Below, piece after piece: positions 18,734 to 21,564 of a stretch of 21,564 nucleotides of DNA. Origin of the DNA: Chthonomonadales bacterium (GTDB lineage Bacteria > Armatimonadota > Chthonomonadetes > Chthonomonadales > Chthonomonadaceae); assembly GCA_038217285.1 (NCBI GenBank), contig JBBQPO010000077.1, positions 1 through 21,564 on the forward strand, read 5' to 3'. The position numbers and the translations under genes were made by a program. The notes beneath the pieces were generated by a model. That model did not search any database, had not been told where the DNA came from, and saw only the letters and a program-made list of their open reading frames with translations. Numbering within the stretch: the first letter of the stretch is position 1; each line of letters opens with the position of its first letter.

Positions 18734-21022
18734 GTGAGCCAACGGATGATCGGTATTCTATTTTGCATGGGGTTGTTGCCGCAAGCAGCAACCGCCCTGC
18801 CGCCGACAGAGATCGGGCCGCATACAAAGATCACGCAGAATGCCGTGATAAAGCCCGGTGTCTACCATGTTACCGATGATGGGGCCGGAGCCGTGCAGAT
18901 TTCCGGCAGCGATTTCACCGTCGATTTCTCCAAGGTGCGGCTTCTCGGCCCCGGTAAGTCTCTGGGGATCGGCCTGCATATTACCGATGCGCATAATGTC
19001 ACGATTCGCAGGGCCGAGGTGAGCGGCTATCTCTGGGGCATTGTCATCGAGCGGAGCAGCGGCGTGAAGTTGGTGGACTGCGTCTCTGCTCACAACGCCG
19101 ACCTGCCGCCCGGTACGGTGATCGACGAGAGCGGCACGCAGCCGGAGGACACGCATGGCGGCGGTATTCTGCTGCGGGACAGCCGGGAGTGCGCGCTGGA
19201 GCGGTGTCGTTCTCAGTATCAGTGGGACGGGATCGATGTGGTGCGTTCCGAGAAAAATGTGATCGAGGACGGCGACTTTTCGTTCAACGGCAACTGGGGT
19301 CTGCATCTCTGGAACTCGTCGCGCAACATCTTCCGGCACAATCGCGCCGTCTGGTGTACCACCGGGGAGGGCACCCTGTATCAGGCTCTCACCGGATGGC
19401 AGACCTACGACTCGCAGGCCGTCGGCATCGACCATAACAGCAACGAGAACACCATCGAAGGCAATGACCTGCGCTTTGGGGGCGACGCTATTTTTATTCG
19501 GGCTAACGAGGGGCCGATCACGCCCGGCGTCATCGTGCCTCCTCTGAACGCCTCTAACCGCAATATCCTGCGCGGCAACGACTGTTCCTTCTCACCCAAC
19601 AACGCCATCGAGGCGGATTTCGTGGACGATACCGTCATTGAGAACAACAACTGCTCCAACTCCAACTACGGCATGTGGCTCGGCTATTCACGTCGCTGTA
19701 TCGTGCGCGGCAACACCTGCGTCAACGATTCCAGCCGCGCCATCGAAGTCGAGAATGGACAGGACGATCTGTTCGAGAACAACGTCTTCGGGTTCGACAC
19801 GCGCCGCCCCACCGGGCAACTGGTCGTATTGCGCCAGAACGGACGCGATAAGACGCGCTCCGGCGGCTACATTCTCCGGGGCAATGTCTTCTACGGCGCG
19901 GGGACGGGCGTGGAGTTGAAGGCGACCCAGGCAACTTTGGCGGGCAATACGGTGGTTCCGCTGACAGATGCCGGACAGACTGTGGTGCATGCCGATGCCT
20001 CCTCCCGTTTCGACGAAAAGGAGACGCAGCAGGGCGTTGCCGATACCGCTCCGCGTCCGCCCTATGTTCTTCCCATGCCGAAGAACGCAAATATTCGACC
20101 GGGTTCGCTGGTGAAACTGAAAGTGCCCGGCGTGAAGCCAAATACCGCGCCGCCTGTCGTGGAGATGGAGAATATCCCCCTGTGGGTGACGTCCGTCGAG
20201 CCGGATGCCGTGACCTTCTGGATGCCCGCCGACTTTTGGGATCGACCTGCCACAAACCGGGCGGAGCTGCACGTTCTCCGCGCAGGCTTTTCCAGCACGT
20301 CGCTCGTCCTGGGAATCGTCTGGCCGACGGGTTCACCGCGCATCGACTTCCTCTCCCCGAACCCGGCGAAGATCGGCGATGTTTTCGCACTTACCGGAGT
20401 CCACTTGAAGGGCGGGCGTGTCCTGCTGAACGGACAGGTCGCCGCCAGTGACGCGGTCAACGAAAACTTCGTCGTGACGAAGCTGCCAGGAGGGATTCTG
20501 GTTCCGACCCGCTATAATGTGATCTGGGAGCAGGGCGTCGATGACAACAGGATTCGAACCTGGCCGATGACCCTGAGAGTCGATATTCCGCAGGAGAAGC
20601 TGCCCCATCTGATCGCCGCCGAGTTCAGTCCGAAAACCCTGAAAGCAGGCGAACTTCTGAAGGTGACGATGACCGTCCGCAACAACCTGCCGACGACCGC
20701 CCCGCTGACGACGAAGCCCACTCCTCCATTTACCTACGATGAGAAGCAGGCTGCTTACGAGATGGGTTATGGGGAGACGGCCGGCCTGCTGCATCTGCGC
20801 GTCTCGACCGACTTCGAGGTCGGCGGCCACAATCCCGGCTCGTGGCCCTGGCTGTTCGGCTTCGGCAAACCGACGCTTGCGCCCGGAGAAACAACCACGG
20901 TGGTCGGCTATGTCCGCGTCAAGACGCCGGGCGTCCATGAGTTCCGTATCGGACTGGTCGCCGGTGGCTTCCGCTTCATCGACGACAACGCCTATCGTAC
21001 GCGGATCACCGTTCTGCCCTGA
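18734..21022 (+). CDS. Secreted right-handed parallel beta-helix (NosD/pectate-lyase-like) protein with C-terminal IPT/TIG-like and Ig-like domains
   Basis: AAGGGG RBS and a signal peptide (IGILFCMGLLPQAATA). Repeated Asn-ladder coils (GIDVVRSEKNVIEDG, GLHLWNSSRNIFRHN, GIDHNSNENTIEGN, GMWLGYSRRCIVRGN). TIG-like PRIDFLSPNPAKIGDVFALTG and Ig-like FSPKTLKAGELLKVTMTVRN. Confidence 0.85.
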   Translation: MSQRMIGILFCMGLLPQAATALPPTEIGPHTKITQNAVIKPGVYHVTDDGAGAVQISGSDFTVDFSKVRLLGPGKSLGIGLHITDAHNVTIRRAEVSGYLWGIVIERSSGVKLVDCVSAHNADLPPGTVIDESGTQPEDTHGGGILLRDSRECALERCRSQYQWDGIDVVRSEKNVIEDGDFSFNGNWGLHLWNSSRNIFRHNRAVWCTTGEGTLYQALTGWQTYDSQAVGIDHNSNENTIEGNDLRFGGDAIFIRANEGPITPGVIVPPLNASNRNILRGNDCSFSPNNAIEADFVDDTVIENNNCSNSNYGMWLGYSRRCIVRGNTCVNDSSRAIEVENGQDDLFENNVFGFDTRRPTGQLVVLRQNGRDKTRSGGYILRGNVFYGAGTGVELKATQATLAGNTVVPLTDAGQTVVHADASSRFDEKETQQGVADTAPRPPYVLPMPKNANIRPGSLVKLKVPGVKPNTAPPVVEMENIPLWVTSVEPDAVTFWMPADFWDRPATNRAELHVLRAGFSSTSLVLGIVWPTGSPRIDFLSPNPAKIGDVFALTGVHLKGGRVLLNGQVAASDAVNENFVVTKLPGGILVPTRYNVIWEQGVDDNRIRTWPMTLRVDIPQEKLPHLIAAEFSPKTLKAGELLKVTMTVRNNLPTTAPLTTKPTPPFTYDEKQAAYEMGYGETAGLLHLRVSTDFEVGGHNPGSWPWLFGFGKPTLAPGETTTVVGYVRVKTPGVHEFRIGLVAGGFRFIDDNAYRTRITVLP

Positions 21023-21211
21023 CCGTTGCAGTGCCGACAACTTGCTTTCTTGTGCTCTCCCATCAGAGGATAATTTAAAAACAGTTGGGGCATACGGAAG
21101 TCTTTCATCTAATTTTCATTTAAGCTGTCTATACTACCCTCTGGTGAGGCAAACCGCGCCAGAGGGGCAATTCACTGCGAAGCAAAGAGACACTTAAGAG
21201 GAGATTAGACA

Positions 21212-21463
21212 TTGCTGTTACCTAGAACAACACTCCAGCGCTTGAACCTGACGTTTATTGTGGTGTGCGTGGGATTCACCTCCGTCATTAGCTATACTCA
21301 AGGCCTTGCAGGACAGGGTCCCGGAGGACAGAGACAAGGTAGCCCTGGAGGAGCCCCTCCCCCGCCTGCGTCGGGATCGAAAGCCGGCGTTCCACCTAGA
21401 AGCGCGGCCGAAAAGTCGCCTTACAAACCAAAGGAATTGTTGGGTTGTGTGGTGAATCTATAG
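21212..21463 (+). pseudogene. N-terminal fragment of a secreted or membrane protein, probably interrupted by an IS
   Basis: GAGGAG RBS and TTG start. A hydrophobic signal-like segment (LTFIVVCVGFTSVISYTQGLA) precedes a Gly/Pro linker, and the frame stops about 20 nt into the putative IS end. Confidence 0.5.
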
Positions 21464-21564
21464 CCATCACACAATGCTCCCAGGAGACCATGCTCACATG
21501 ATTGGAAAACGAAGCAGCCAGGCCGATCTATTCGATATTGGTAACGTCTATGACCTCAAGCTCA
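21442..21564 (+). mobile_element. Left end of a probable insertion sequence (IS1182/IS5-like) with the start of its transposase
   Basis: IR-like GGGTTGTGTGGTGAA (21442-21456) and CAGGAG RBS (21481-21486). ATG 21498 gives MIGKRSSQADLFDIGNVYDLKL..., open to the edge and resembling the MxGxxxxQxxLF N-terminus of IS1182/IS5-type transposases. Confidence 0.5.

Noticed and set aside
21148-21190. GGCAAACC...GCAAAG resembling a c-di-GMP-I (GEMM) riboswitch
   Set aside because: Lacks the GNRA-capped P2 and the tetraloop-receptor P3; the region folds better as a single hairpin.

Overview
GC-rich bacterial chromosomal segment, mostly housekeeping, with one small accessory islet. The lineage may be Armatimonadota/Chthonomonadales-like; this is a weak inference from the 'LLRAS' repeat protein at the left end. 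From left to right: a truncated-looking hypothetical ORF; type III glutamine synthetase behind a structured, attenuator-like 5' leader; a secreted MGH1/GH63-like glycoside hydrolase with two F5/8 (CBM32-like) domains; a lower-GC islet containing a small hypothetical gene coupled to a clan AA aspartic protease, followed by a TfoX-N-like protein fused to a translation initiation factor IF-1-like OB domain; a complete minus-strand Suf Fe-S operon (rrf2-sufB-sufC-sufD-sufS-sufE-sufT, sufA) with a sigma70-type promoter overlapped by IscR-type palindromes; an orphan type IIA topoisomerase B subunit (GyrB/ParE); a roughly 190-nt highly structured intergenic element; an acyl-CoA dehydrogenase-like flavoprotein; a secreted beta-helix protein; and a secreted-protein ORF apparently cut by the left end of an IS at the window edge. 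The best leads are the TfoX-N/IF-1 fusion, the adjacent small-protein/retropepsin pair, the glnA leader and the structured element at 17.1-17.3 kb. All family assignments come from motif recognition by eye; no database search was run.
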